A stretch of DNA of 64,000 nt. Source: Acidimicrobiales bacterium. Lineage in GTDB: Bacteria > Actinomycetota > Acidimicrobiia > Acidimicrobiales > Aldehydirespiratoraceae. A model generated the notes under the pieces. The model was given only the letters and a program-made list of their open reading frames with translations, was not told where the DNA came from and searched no databases. The stretch covers positions 1,272,880-1,336,879 of the forward strand of contig OY730477.1 in NCBI GenBank assembly GCA_963422745.1, read 5' to 3'. This document shows, in pieces, positions 27,165 to 38,187 of the stretch. Numbering within the stretch: the first letter of the stretch is position 1; every line of letters begins with the position of its first letter. The position numbers were made by a program, and so were the translations under genes.

Positions 27165-28742
27165 ATGGATCATCAAGACATGACCGACACCGATCCGTTG
27201 GGAGTTTGGAGGATCGCCGAGGCAGATCCCGACCACCTCGCCGTCGTCGACCCCGAACATCAACAGATGAGCTACGGTGAGCTTGCGGCGCTCACCAACC
27301 GCATCGCCAACGGATTGCGCGACGCTGGACTTGGTGTCGGTGATCAGGTCACGACCCTTCTGCCGAACGGTTTCGAGCAGTTGGCTGTCTGTCTGGCCGC
27401 TTTCGGGTCCGGGTTCTATGTCACACCAATCAACTGGCATCTCATCGGGCCTGAGATCCTCTACATCGTCAACGACTCCGATACGAAAGCCCTAATCGTT
27501 GATGGACGATTCGCCGATGAGTCGGTGCGTGTTATCGACGACTGCGCAACCCCCGAATCGAACCGGTTTGCCATCGGAGATGTGGGAGGGTTCCGTCCGT
27601 TCGCAGACCTGATAGACGGCCAGTCTGCGCAGCGGCCCGAAGAACTGGCCACCGGTTCGTTCATGTTCTACACGTCGGGAACCACAGGGCGTCCAAAAGG
27701 GGTACGTCGACCACTCGACCCGCGCCACCCCGATGAAGCGGCGGCGGCCTCCGGCGGGCTGTTCGCGTTGTTCGGAACGCGGCCGCACGACGGCAATGTG
27801 CAGCTCACGCAGGCTCCGCTGTACCACACGGCCGTCAACAATTGGACGACGATGTCGCTGCACATGGGTCACCCCGTCGTGCTTATGGATCGCTGGACAC
27901 CACAGGGCGCGCTCGAACGAATCGAGAGGTATCGGGTTACCACCTCACACATGGTTCCCACGATGTTCAGTCGCCTGCTTCAGCTCCCCACCGAAGTCCG
28001 TCTCGGATACGACGTGAGTTCTCTGCGGCGAATGGTTCACGCTGCCGCCCCGTGTCCCGTGGAGACCAAACGCCAGATGATCGAGTGGTGGGGTGATGCC
28101 ATCTGGGAGTACTACGCAGCCACCGAAGGGGGAGGTACCTACGTAGGCCCAACCGATTGGCTGCGAAAGCCCGGCACGGTGGGTAAACCCTGGCCCTTCT
28201 CGGAGGTCATCGTTGTGGACAACGACGGCAACAAGGTTGGCCCGCTGCAAAGCGGTACTGTCTACATGAAAATGGGCACAGGGCCGCAGTTTGAGTACAA
28301 AGACGATGAAGCGAAAACCCGAAAGTCTCGGCTGCGCGATTTCTTCACGGTGGGCGACATCGGCTACCTCGACCAAGACGGATTTCTGTTTCTCCAAGAC
28401 CGTGCCGGCGAGATGATCATCGTGGGCGGGGTCAATATCTATCCCGCGGAGATCGAGGGAGCGATGACCCAGCACCCGGCGGTGGGTGACGTGGCCGTGT
28501 TCGGCGTGCCCGATCCCGACTTGGGTGAGCAAATCAAAGCCGTCGTTGAGCTTCGCGAGGCTTGGGAGCCAACCGAGTCCACCACCGTGACGATTCTCGA
28601 ATGGCTAAAGGAGCGGATCGCACGCCAAAAATTGCCCCGTTCGATCGACTACACCACCGAGATGCCTCGGGATCCGAACGGCAAGCTCTACCGCAGACGG
28701 CTTCGCGACCGTTACTGGGAGGGACACGACACATCCATCTGA
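27165..28742 (+). CDS. AMP-dependent synthetase/ligase (acyl-CoA or acyl-AMP forming)
   Basis: Contains YTSGTTGRPKGVRR and a C-terminal DPNGKLYRR motif. ATG 27165 is preceded by AAGG. The ORF extension back to 26772 is antisense to the crotonase gene. Confidence 0.85.
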   Translation: MDHQDMTDTDPLGVWRIAEADPDHLAVVDPEHQQMSYGELAALTNRIANGLRDAGLGVGDQVTTLLPNGFEQLAVCLAAFGSGFYVTPINWHLIGPEILYIVNDSDTKALIVDGRFADESVRVIDDCATPESNRFAIGDVGGFRPFADLIDGQSAQRPEELATGSFMFYTSGTTGRPKGVRRPLDPRHPDEAAAASGGLFALFGTRPHDGNVQLTQAPLYHTAVNNWTTMSLHMGHPVVLMDRWTPQGALERIERYRVTTSHMVPTMFSRLLQLPTEVRLGYDVSSLRRMVHAAAPCPVETKRQMIEWWGDAIWEYYAATEGGGTYVGPTDWLRKPGTVGKPWPFSEVIVVDNDGNKVGPLQSGTVYMKMGTGPQFEYKDDEAKTRKSRLRDFFTVGDIGYLDQDGFLFLQDRAGEMIIVGGVNIYPAEIEGAMTQHPAVGDVAVFGVPDPDLGEQIKAVVELREAWEPTESTTVTILEWLKERIARQKLPRSIDYTTEMPRDPNGKLYRRRLRDRYWEGHDTSI

Positions 28743-28752
28743 GCTAGTTCGC

Positions 28753-30408
28753 ATGACCCGCTCTGGGTTCTCAAACCTGTTCGATCCATCAGCACGTACA
28801 GCACCACTTGAGCAGTACCTGTATGCAAACACTGCCAGCAAGCGCGGCGGTATCTTGATGGCAATGAACAAACGAGAGATTGCAGCAGCTGAGGTGAACA
28901 GGGCCCACGGATCGCTTGGCCTCGCAACCAACATCGCCGATGCTGAGGTTCTTGATCGAACCGTGGCCCGGTTCCGCGAGCGAGGAATCGCCCTACCAAC
29001 ATTCGCTGAGTTGGCCGATCCGTCAACGATTCCGCTCAACCGCCTGGCACCGCTGGTTGGGCTTGACCGTGACGAACCCGATCCGCGCAACCTGTTTCGG
29101 GTGCACTGGTTCGGAGGGTTGGATGGTTCTGGCCCCAACGACGTACCCGACCACGTTGAACTGCCGACGAAGCTGACCGGTGTTGAGGCGCGCATCGTGA
29201 TGTTGTTCGGCAATCGCTTCCCCATGATCCGGGCTCACAAGGTCCTAGCTGCCTATTCGTGTCTGGTACCACGACTCGTCACCGGCCGGTTCGATCCGAC
29301 CATCCACCGCGCAGTGTGGCCGTCAACGGGGAACTACGCCCGTGGAGGAATCGCGATCTCAAGGATCATGGGTTGCCGTGGAGTCGCGGTACTACCCGAG
29401 GGCATGAGCAGGGGCCGCTTCGAATGGCTGGAACGGTGGACGCTTGACCCGACAACCGACATCATCCGCACACCCGGCACCGAGTCCAACGTCAAGGAGA
29501 TCTACGACGCCTGCAATGAACTGAACCGTGATCCCGAGATTGAGATCATCAACCAGTTCTCGGAGTTCTCCAACCACCTCGGTCACTACTCGGTCACAGG
29601 ACCCGCCCTTGAGCGAGTATTCGAACACCACGCTGCGCGGCGAGCAAACACACGTCTGGCTGCCTTCGTCTCAGCTTCAGGCTCGGCCGGGACATTGGGA
29701 GCGGGTGATTACCTGAAGGACCGGCACGGGTCACGCATCGTGGCGGTTGAGGCGCTGGAATGTCCGACCCTGCTGGAGAACGGCTTCGGCGATCACAACA
29801 TCCAAGGCATCGGCGACAAGCACGTGCCGCTAATCCACAATGTTGGCAACACAGACGACGTCGTAGCGGTGAGCGACCGCTCCACCGATGCTCTTGATGC
29901 ACTGTTCAACACCCCGGCGGGAAAGACCCACCTCATCAACAGGGTTGGTTGCGATCCCGACTTGGTCAGTTCGCTACGGCATCTGGGTTACTCCTCAATC
30001 TGCAACGCTCTGGCCGCGATCAAGGTTGCCAAAGCCCATGGATTCGGCCGCAACGACCTATTGATCACGGTGGCCACCGACGGCAGCGAGCTCTACGACG
30101 CCGAGCGGGCCAGCTACCTGCGATCCCGGCATCCCGACGGATACGACGACGTGGCCGCGGCCACCGACTTCGGTAGGGAACTTGAGGCTGGCGATACCGC
30201 AGAGCACCTTGAACTCACCCAACGGGAGCGACGCCGGATATTCAACCTTGCGTACTTTACCTGGGTCGAACAACAGGGAACGCTCTTTGATGACTTCTGC
30301 GCCCGCGCGCATCAGGAGTTCTGGACCGGGATGCGCCACTTCGTGAAGGACTGGGACGAGCTGATCATTGAGTTCAACGCTCGCACCGCAACCAGACGTG
30401 ACGACTGA
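28753..30408 (+). CDS. fold-type-II (Trp-synthase-beta/CysK-like) PLP-dependent enzyme, atypically long at 551 aa
   Basis: The candidate PLP-lysine is in FPMIRAHKVLAAY, with STGNYARGGIA and a CysK-like IQGIGDKHVP block. Family level only; the specific reaction is not recognisable. ATG 28858 or 28864 are alternative starts. Confidence 0.65.
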   Translation: MTRSGFSNLFDPSARTAPLEQYLYANTASKRGGILMAMNKREIAAAEVNRAHGSLGLATNIADAEVLDRTVARFRERGIALPTFAELADPSTIPLNRLAPLVGLDRDEPDPRNLFRVHWFGGLDGSGPNDVPDHVELPTKLTGVEARIVMLFGNRFPMIRAHKVLAAYSCLVPRLVTGRFDPTIHRAVWPSTGNYARGGIAISRIMGCRGVAVLPEGMSRGRFEWLERWTLDPTTDIIRTPGTESNVKEIYDACNELNRDPEIEIINQFSEFSNHLGHYSVTGPALERVFEHHAARRANTRLAAFVSASGSAGTLGAGDYLKDRHGSRIVAVEALECPTLLENGFGDHNIQGIGDKHVPLIHNVGNTDDVVAVSDRSTDALDALFNTPAGKTHLINRVGCDPDLVSSLRHLGYSSICNALAAIKVAKAHGFGRNDLLITVATDGSELYDAERASYLRSRHPDGYDDVAAATDFGRELEAGDTAEHLELTQRERRRIFNLAYFTWVEQQGTLFDDFCARAHQEFWTGMRHFVKDWDELIIEFNARTATRRDD

Positions 30409-30433
30409 GGCTGTGGCGGCAAACCGACGATCG

Positions 30434-30478
30434 GCGATCAGGGTCGCCGCGATCAGGCTCGCCGCGATCAGGCTCCGT
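30434..30478. repeat. 15-nt tandem repeat x3 (GCGATCAGGSTCGCC)
   Basis: Units start at 30434, 30449 and 30464, in the spacer between the two PLP-enzyme genes. Confidence 0.8.
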
Positions 30479-30513
30479 GAGATCTTCATGACCCGAGACC
30501 GACCCGAGCCATA

Positions 30514-31776
30514 ATGACCGAATCGACCTTTGAGCGATATGTCGACCGACTTGCTGCAGCCCGTTTCGTGGCATTCGGCAACCTCACCCGTGATGACCTG
30601 ATCAACCACATACGCCGGATCGACTCCGCCGTGGCGGAAATCCAAGGGCATGGCTTTGAGCCGACCCCGTTTGAATCGCATCCGGAGCTCGCAACCGCTG
30701 TGGGTTTGGCCGAAGGAATGCAGCTGTGGGTCAAGGACGAAACGGAGAACGTGTCGGGAAGCCACAAGGCGCGCCATCTGTTCACCGCTGCGCTTGAGGA
30801 GTCGATCAATCCGTCCGGAGATGGTCCCTTGGCTATCGCTAGCTGCGGTAACGCGGCTCTGGGAGCGGCGATCATCGCTGCGGCGGTTAGCCGTGAGCTT
30901 GAGGTGTACGTCCCGCAATGGGCGAACGATGCCGTCGTTGCCGAGATCGAGTCGCTCGGTGCGAGGGTGCTTCGTATTGACCGCCACCCCGACGTGCCGG
31001 GTGATCCAGCTCATCATGCCATGGTTTGCGCGATTGACGCAGGTGCGACGCCGTTTTCGTGTCAGGGCACTGAAACCCCAGCCGCTATCGATGGTGGGCG
31101 CACTATCGCCTATGAGATGATCGATCGTCTGCTCGCCGATGACGACCTCGCTCGCATTGATCGGCTGTTTGTGCAGGTAGGTGGCGGCGCGCTGGGAACT
31201 GCTTTGGTAACCGGCCTGGCCGGACTGGAAAACCTTGCGACCACCCCGGTCGTGCATGTTGTGCAACCGGTCGGGAACCATCCACTGGCCGTGGCCTGGG
31301 ACACCCTTGCCCGTGAACTTCTCCAGCTGTGTCCGGATCCGCAGGGTTGGGGCATTGATAACTTGTCCCGGTCGGATTCGGCGAGCGAAATAGGTGCCCG
31401 CGGCAGCGATTTCGGTCGCGAGATAACACGACGACTTAGGAATTCACCACAGCACTACATGCGGCCCTGGCCCACAGAGCCCCAATCAGTGGCTACAGGC
31501 ATCCTCGACGACGTCACCTACGACTGGGTAGATCTCATGGAGGCGATGCTCTGCACCGGCGGGCATCCGATTGTGTGTCCCGAAGATGACCTGCGACGTG
31601 CTCATGGCTTGGCGCGTCGCCATTCCGAGATTGCGGTTTGCCCAACCGGGTCTGCTGGCTTGGCGGGTTTGCTAACGCTTCTGCGAGAGGCACCCGATGC
31701 GATCGCTCAAGGCGAGCGGGTGGCGGTGCTGTTCACCGGTCATCAACGCGCTGGCGATCCCGATTCTCTGGCCTGA
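30514..31776 (+). CDS. fold-type-II PLP-dependent enzyme (threonine-synthase/TrpB-like)
   Basis: LWVKDETENVSGSHKARHL is the PLP-lysine motif, with ASCGNAALGAA and QVGGGALGTA glycine-rich loops. Family level only. Confidence 0.65.
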   Translation: MTESTFERYVDRLAAARFVAFGNLTRDDLINHIRRIDSAVAEIQGHGFEPTPFESHPELATAVGLAEGMQLWVKDETENVSGSHKARHLFTAALEESINPSGDGPLAIASCGNAALGAAIIAAAVSRELEVYVPQWANDAVVAEIESLGARVLRIDRHPDVPGDPAHHAMVCAIDAGATPFSCQGTETPAAIDGGRTIAYEMIDRLLADDDLARIDRLFVQVGGGALGTALVTGLAGLENLATTPVVHVVQPVGNHPLAVAWDTLARELLQLCPDPQGWGIDNLSRSDSASEIGARGSDFGREITRRLRNSPQHYMRPWPTEPQSVATGILDDVTYDWVDLMEAMLCTGGHPIVCPEDDLRRAHGLARRHSEIAVCPTGSAGLAGLLTLLREAPDAIAQGERVAVLFTGHQRAGDPDSLA

Positions 31777-31921
31777 TCTGCATAATCGGGTTCCGAAGTG
31801 GTTCCAGGCCTCCGCAACAGACCAGGAGACGTTGAGTAGCCATGAGACGTTGCGTGCATCATCTGTGACTTCGCGTCACCAACTCGGTCACTCGTGACCT
31901 CGGAGATAGGATCGCCCGTCA

Positions 31922-33085
31922 ATGTGGTTGCCCATTGCCGTTGCCATCGCAGTCGTTGCATTGATCGTGGTCGTTGCACTGATCGTGGTGTTGCGACCCA
32001 GCCAAGGGACCGAACCAACCATCGACCCTTTGGCGCGAACCGCTACATCGGATACGCCAGCGACCCAGACCCTCTCGGGAGCCGAGACCGAGGCACCAGT
32101 TGATCGCGCCGCGGAACCCGAAACTACGAAACCCGACATCGCGCAACACCCGGAGGCTGCGGAGACCCCTACCGCCCCAAATGTTCGTGATCGCCTGGCC
32201 ATCGCCCGCTCCTCGCTTGCTGGCTTGTTGGGCGGCATCTTCGCGGGCCGCATCGACAGCGCCACTTGGGACGAACTTGAGGCTGCGCTGATCCGTGCAG
32301 ACATCGGCGTTGCCACCTCAACTGAGATGATTGAAGCGGTCAAGGCAGCAGCTGCAACCGAAGACATCACGGACTCGGCTCGGCTCCTGGAATTTCTCAA
32401 GGTTGAGCTCCTCGCCCGACTCACAGGCCACGACCGTTCGCTTTGTGTTGACACTGCCGCTGTTGGCGGCGATCCCGGACCCGCGGTATGGCTATTTGTT
32501 GGTGTCAACGGGGTCGGCAAGACCACCACGATCGGTAAGCTCGCTGCGCGCGAATCCTCAAATGGCAGATCCCTCGTGCTCGCCGCTGCGGACACGTTTC
32601 GTGCCGCTGCAGTCGAACAGTTGGCGATGTGGGCGAGCCGAAGCAACGCAGACATGGTCCGCGGATCCGAAGGCGCTGATCCCTCCTCGGTAGTATTCGG
32701 TGCGGTCGAAAGGGCGCACGCCCGCGGAGCGGATCTGGTACTGGCCGACACCGCCGGGCGCCTCCAGACCAAGACCAACCTCATGGAAGAGCTGCGCAAG
32801 ATACGCAGGGTGGCCGACAAAGGAGCTGGCACCGTCACCGAGACGCTACTGGTGCTGGATGCCACAACCGGCCAGAACGGCCTGAGCCAGGCTCGCCTAT
32901 TCGCCGAAGCGGTGGACGTAACAGGCGTGGTGTTGACCAAGCTCGACGGCTCCGCCAAGGGAGGCATCGTCGTGGCTATCCATTCTGAACTTGGTGTTCC
33001 GGTCAAGTTGGTGGGCTTAGGCGAGGGGGTCGGTGACCTCGTGGAGTTCGACGAGCACGAGTTCGTGAAAGCCCTGTTCGAATAG
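31922..33085 (+). CDS. ftsY: signal recognition particle receptor FtsY
   Basis: An N-terminal membrane anchor, then an NG domain with GVNGVGKTTTIGKLA, DTAGRLQ and TKLDGSAKGG. Confidence 0.92.
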   Translation: MWLPIAVAIAVVALIVVVALIVVLRPSQGTEPTIDPLARTATSDTPATQTLSGAETEAPVDRAAEPETTKPDIAQHPEAAETPTAPNVRDRLAIARSSLAGLLGGIFAGRIDSATWDELEAALIRADIGVATSTEMIEAVKAAAATEDITDSARLLEFLKVELLARLTGHDRSLCVDTAAVGGDPGPAVWLFVGVNGVGKTTTIGKLAARESSNGRSLVLAAADTFRAAAVEQLAMWASRSNADMVRGSEGADPSSVVFGAVERAHARGADLVLADTAGRLQTKTNLMEELRKIRRVADKGAGTVTETLLVLDATTGQNGLSQARLFAEAVDVTGVVLTKLDGSAKGGIVVAIHSELGVPVKLVGLGEGVGDLVEFDEHEFVKALFE

Positions 33086-33219
33086 GGTTCCGCGGATGGC
33101 ATGGGTTGATCCATGAAACCGATCGATTGCTAAGGGCCAACACAGTCGTCGGTACCATGGATCCGCAGAGATTCAGAAGATCCACAGAGACTCGGGTGAC
33201 AGGAATTCGAGCTTTGGAA

Positions 33220-33726
33220 TCAACCGCCAACGCGATCGTGTCCACATGCCTGTAGCGCAGCGTCAAGGGCCTCCACAGCGGCACTGACCCGGGGTTGATC
33301 GGTTTGCGCCTGAGCGCGGGACAAGGCAGCGTCCAGCGAAGTGTTGTCAACTAGAGCCAGCCTCGTGAGCAGAGCCAAATCAAGTAGGCGCGCCATCTTG
33401 ATTCCGAGTTCGGTGGGCGCGACCGTGCGTGCCTCCTCAAGAGCGATCTGCAGATTCTCCACATCGCCGCGGTTATCACCCTCAGCGGACCCGTCGAGGA
33501 TTCCACCCCACGTTGACACCGGTGCGAGCAACGAACACCAGGCGATTTCGTCGACCGTGGGTTCGGCCGAAGCCCCGGGAGCGGGTTCGTTGTCCAAAGA
33601 TCCGGTGTTGTTTGAGACCGCGACGGCAGCGGCTCCGAACCCAACAATCAGGACCGCGATCACAATCCATTGACGCGGTGAGAAGTCCATCGCCGTGAAG
33701 GTAGTCGGTGCTCGGCTCCACGCCAT
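33220..33726 (-). CDS. hypothetical membrane-anchored protein
   Basis: One TM helix (WIVIAVLIVGFGAAAVAV) followed by an acidic and helical domain. No family recognised. ATG 33726 has AGGAG 13 nt upstream; ATG 33690 is an alternative. Confidence 0.45.
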   Translation of the reverse strand: MAWSRAPTTFTAMDFSPRQWIVIAVLIVGFGAAAVAVSNNTGSLDNEPAPGASAEPTVDEIAWCSLLAPVSTWGGILDGSAEGDNRGDVENLQIALEEARTVAPTELGIKMARLLDLALLTRLALVDNTSLDAALSRAQAQTDQPRVSAAVEALDAALQACGHDRVGG

Positions 33727-34100
33727 CGTGAGGCGTTCGCTCCTGTAGGCGCTTCGCGTGTGGTTCGGTGCGTGCTCGCTTGCGGAATTCGGTTGACTCC
33801 CGAGTCCATCGCCATCGTGAGGCGTTCGTTTGGTGCCTGCTCGCCTGCGGAATTCCTTGATCGGTTTGGTGCCTGCTCAGGTGGGTGGTTCGTGGTTGTT
33901 GATTGTCCACATTGGTTGGAATCTTGGTTTGGTGCCTGCTCAGCTGGGTGGATTGTGGTTGCTGACCGTTCAGATCGGTCGGGTGCAACTCGGTTCGGTG
34001 TTTGCTCAGCCGCGAGGCCGCCACGAGTTGCTCCAGGATCTCGGTCGTGTGCAAACCGGTTTGGTGCCTGCACAGCTGGGTGGATCGTGGTTGCAGCGAT
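33722..34100. repeat. degenerate minisatellite of about 65 bp, core GGTTTGGTGCCTGCTCAGCTGGGTGGATTGTGGTTG (6 copies), plus an 18-nt duplication GCCATCGTGAGGCGTTCG
   Basis: The core starts at 33762, 33828, 33863, 33926, 33992 and 34058. GCCATCGTGAGGCGTTCG occurs at 33722 and 33810. Confidence 0.85.
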
Positions 34101-34124
34101 GCAAACGCCGTTAGCCTGTTGGTG

Positions 34125-35627
<1,503 letters not shown>

Positions 35628-35763
35628 AGATACAGACCCTTTGTCGTCGTTGAGAGTGGCCGCGGGGTTGGATACCGGCTCTGCGTCGGGTTGAATAAGC
35701 CCCCGCCGCAGCCCCGATTAGGGTTCGTTGGGCGAACTGCATCTGGAACAAGGACATCAACAA

Positions 35764-36087
35764 ATGGCCGTCAAGCTTCGCCTTGTGCGAATGGGAAAAA
35801 AGAAGCAGCCCACGTATCGGGTTGTTGCAGCGGATGCACGTTCTCCCCGTGACGGCCGCTTCATTGAAATAATCGGCACCTACGAACCTCGCCAAGATCC
35901 GTCGCTGATACGTATCGACAATGAACGGGCCCTTCACTGGCTCCGTCACGGAGCGCAACCCACCGAACGGGTAGAGAAGCTGCTGAAGCTTTCCGGTGCT
36001 TGGGCTCAGCGCAAGGCCCCCTCTGGTGCTGACGGCGCGAGCGGAAGCGTGCAACCCGAAGCGGTTGGCAAGGAGGTTGAAGCGTGA
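35764..36087 (+). CDS. rpsP: 30S ribosomal protein S16
   Basis: Begins [35 protein letters not shown]. Confidence 0.95.
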   Translation: MAVKLRLVRMGKKKQPTYRVVAADARSPRDGRFIEIIGTYEPRQDPSLIRIDNERALHWLRHGAQPTERVEKLLKLSGAWAQRKAPSGADGASGSVQPEAVGKEVEA

Positions 36088-36332
36088 GTGCCGATGCCGC
36101 CGTTGCGGTGTGCGAATACGTCGTGAAGCAGATCGTCGACAAACCCGACGCTGTGTCTGTGTCAACAAGCGACAACAACGGGGCATTGAGAATCGATGTC
36201 ACCGTGGCCGATGGCGATATGGGTCGGGTGATCGGCCGACGGGGACGAATCGCTGGGGCGATACGCACCGTCGTGCGTGCCGCTGGGATCGATGACAATG
36301 TATCCGCTATTGAGGTTGAGTTCATCGACTGA
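36084..36332 (+). CDS. KH-domain RNA-binding protein (YlqC/KhpA-like)
   Basis: Contains the KH GxxG loop [17 protein letters not shown]. The GTG start overlaps the rpsP stop (GTGA), and AAGGAGG lies upstream. Confidence 0.85.
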   Translation: MSADAAVAVCEYVVKQIVDKPDAVSVSTSDNNGALRIDVTVADGDMGRVIGRRGRIAGAIRTVVRAAGIDDNVSAIEVEFID

Positions 36333-36371
36333 GCTGTGGTGTAGTCGATTCCTTGCGATACCGGCAATCCG

Positions 36372-36989
36372 GTGCTTGAGATTGGCCGCATCGCCCGCGC
36401 GCATGGTGTCGATGGGGAAGTGGGCGTCAAGCTCATAACCAATCGCACCGAACGGCTCGCCCCTGGCTCGGTGCTGTCCACTCAGTTCGGTGAACTCACG
36501 GTTGTTTCGGCGCGTCCCCAAAACGATTCCTGGCTAGTTCAGTTCGCGGAGATCCCAAACCGCCTCCGAGCTGAGGAGATGAGGGGAGTCGTGTTGTCGG
36601 CGGAGCCGATCCATGATCCCGATGAGCTATGGGTTCATCACCTCGTTGGGTCGGCGGTTGTGGACCAAGACAACGTCCAGCAGGGACGGGTTACCAAGGT
36701 GATCGATAACCCTGCGTCGGATCTTCTGGAACTGGATTCGGGCGCTTTGGTACCTGTGCGATTCGTGGTGTCAAATGTGCCGGGTGTGAGCATTGAGGTG
36801 AACGTGCCGTCCGGCCTCTTCGACCTCAACACTTCGGTTGCCAGAGGGTCAGTCGATGTCAAGGTCGACAGACAAGATATTGATGCAGCCAGGTCCTTTT
36901 CTGGTGAGACCTCCGCAGAATCAACCACCGCCCGCGGCGATGATGACCAGGAGTTCGACAAGCAGAGGCTTAGCGGCCACGACCCATGA
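36372..36989 (+). CDS. rimM: 16S rRNA processing protein RimM
   Basis: The N-terminus LEIGRIARAHGVDGEV, a PRC-barrel C-terminal half and synteny support the call. Confidence 0.85.
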   Translation: MLEIGRIARAHGVDGEVGVKLITNRTERLAPGSVLSTQFGELTVVSARPQNDSWLVQFAEIPNRLRAEEMRGVVLSAEPIHDPDELWVHHLVGSAVVDQDNVQQGRVTKVIDNPASDLLELDSGALVPVRFVVSNVPGVSIEVNVPSGLFDLNTSVARGSVDVKVDRQDIDAARSFSGETSAESTTARGDDDQEFDKQRLSGHDP

Positions 36990-37705
36990 GAATCGACGTC
37001 TTCACGATCTTCCCATCAAGTGTCGACACCATGACCCGCGAATCGGTTATCGGACGAGGTCGCGAGGCAGGCTTGCTTGATTTGCGCGTGCACAACCTGC
37101 GTCTCGGTGCTGTCGACACTCACCGCAGCGTCGACGACTCCCCCTATGGGGGAGGGGCCGGGATGTTGATGCAGCCCGAACCGTTGTTCGCGGCGGTCGA
37201 GGCCGTGAACCCGCCTCGGCCACTGTACTACCTGTCTCCGTCGGGTCTCCGTTTCGACCAGTCGATGGCACGGGAACTGGCTGGAGGTGATGGTTTCTCG
37301 CTGTTGTGCGGACGATACGAAGGTGTTGACCAGCGGGTACGAGACCATCTCGTCGACGATGAGATCTCCGTTGGCGATTATGTGCTCACAGGAGGCGAGA
37401 TAGCCGCGCTCGTCGTGATTGAGGTGGTCGGTCGGCTTGTACCGGGCGTGTTGGGCAACGCTGTGTCCGTCGACGAGGAATCGTTCTCCGACGGGCTGCT
37501 TGAGTATCCGCAGTACACCCGTCCCGCCAAATTCCGGGGATGGGAGGTGCCCGAGATCCTACGTAGTGGTGACCACGGGGCGGTTGCTCGCTGGAGGCGA
37601 GCCCAGGCCTTGGCGCGAACCCTGCGTCTACGTCCCGACCTGATCAAGGCGCGGGGAGGATTGAACGACGCCGACCGGGCGGTGCTTGATGAATTCGGGC
37701 TGTGA
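36986..37705 (+). CDS. trmD: tRNA (guanine37-N1)-methyltransferase
   Basis: Contains MRIDVFTIFP, SPYGGGAGMLM and CGRYEGVDQR. ATGA overlap with rimM. Confidence 0.95.
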   Translation: MRIDVFTIFPSSVDTMTRESVIGRGREAGLLDLRVHNLRLGAVDTHRSVDDSPYGGGAGMLMQPEPLFAAVEAVNPPRPLYYLSPSGLRFDQSMARELAGGDGFSLLCGRYEGVDQRVRDHLVDDEISVGDYVLTGGEIAALVVIEVVGRLVPGVLGNAVSVDEESFSDGLLEYPQYTRPAKFRGWEVPEILRSGDHGAVARWRRAQALARTLRLRPDLIKARGGLNDADRAVLDEFGL

Positions 37706-37835
37706 ATAACCGGACATGACCCCTTTGCAAGACGGTCGAGGGTTGAGTAGCCACCGCGGTGCCGTAGACTTGGTTGTTCGGGCCGGCACCCGGACACGCC
37801 GGACTCATAGTTCATGCCTGTCTGGAGCGCCAGCG

Positions 37836-38183
37836 ATGCAACCTACTGACTTCGTCGACAAACTCAGCCTTCGTGACGACATCCCGGATTTTGCGCCCGG
37901 CGATACCCTGAGAGTCCACGTTAAGGTCGTTGAAGGCAATCGGCGCCGCACCCAGGTATTTGAAGGTGTGGTCATACGCCGTCAGGGCTCCGGAGTACGT
38001 GAGACCTTCACCGTTCGCAAGCTCAGCTTTGGTGTGGGGGTGGAGCGTACGTTTCCGGTGCATACGCCAGTTGTTGACCGGATTGAGGTGGGTGCGCGTG
38101 GTGATGTGCGTCGGGCCAAGTTGTATTACCTAAGGGATCGGATCGGTAAGGCTGCCAAGGTGCGCACTAAGCGTTTTGGTTGA
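37836..38183 (+). CDS. rplS: 50S ribosomal protein L19
   Basis: Contains [31 protein letters not shown]...RRAKLYYLR. Confidence 0.95.
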   Translation: MQPTDFVDKLSLRDDIPDFAPGDTLRVHVKVVEGNRRRTQVFEGVVIRRQGSGVRETFTVRKLSFGVGVERTFPVHTPVVDRIEVGARGDVRRAKLYYLRDRIGKAAKVRTKRFG

Positions 38184-38187
38184 TTCT

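Noticed and set aside
31888-33114. A 408-aa ORF antisense to ftsY. Similar long antisense ORFs occur at 30058..31281, 35134..36186, 46087..46911, 33482..34186 and 43786..44625.
   Set aside because: These are typical high-GC shadow ORFs. They are Ser/Arg/Ala/Pro-rich, have no recognisable motifs, and each lies fully opposite a gene with strong family signatures.
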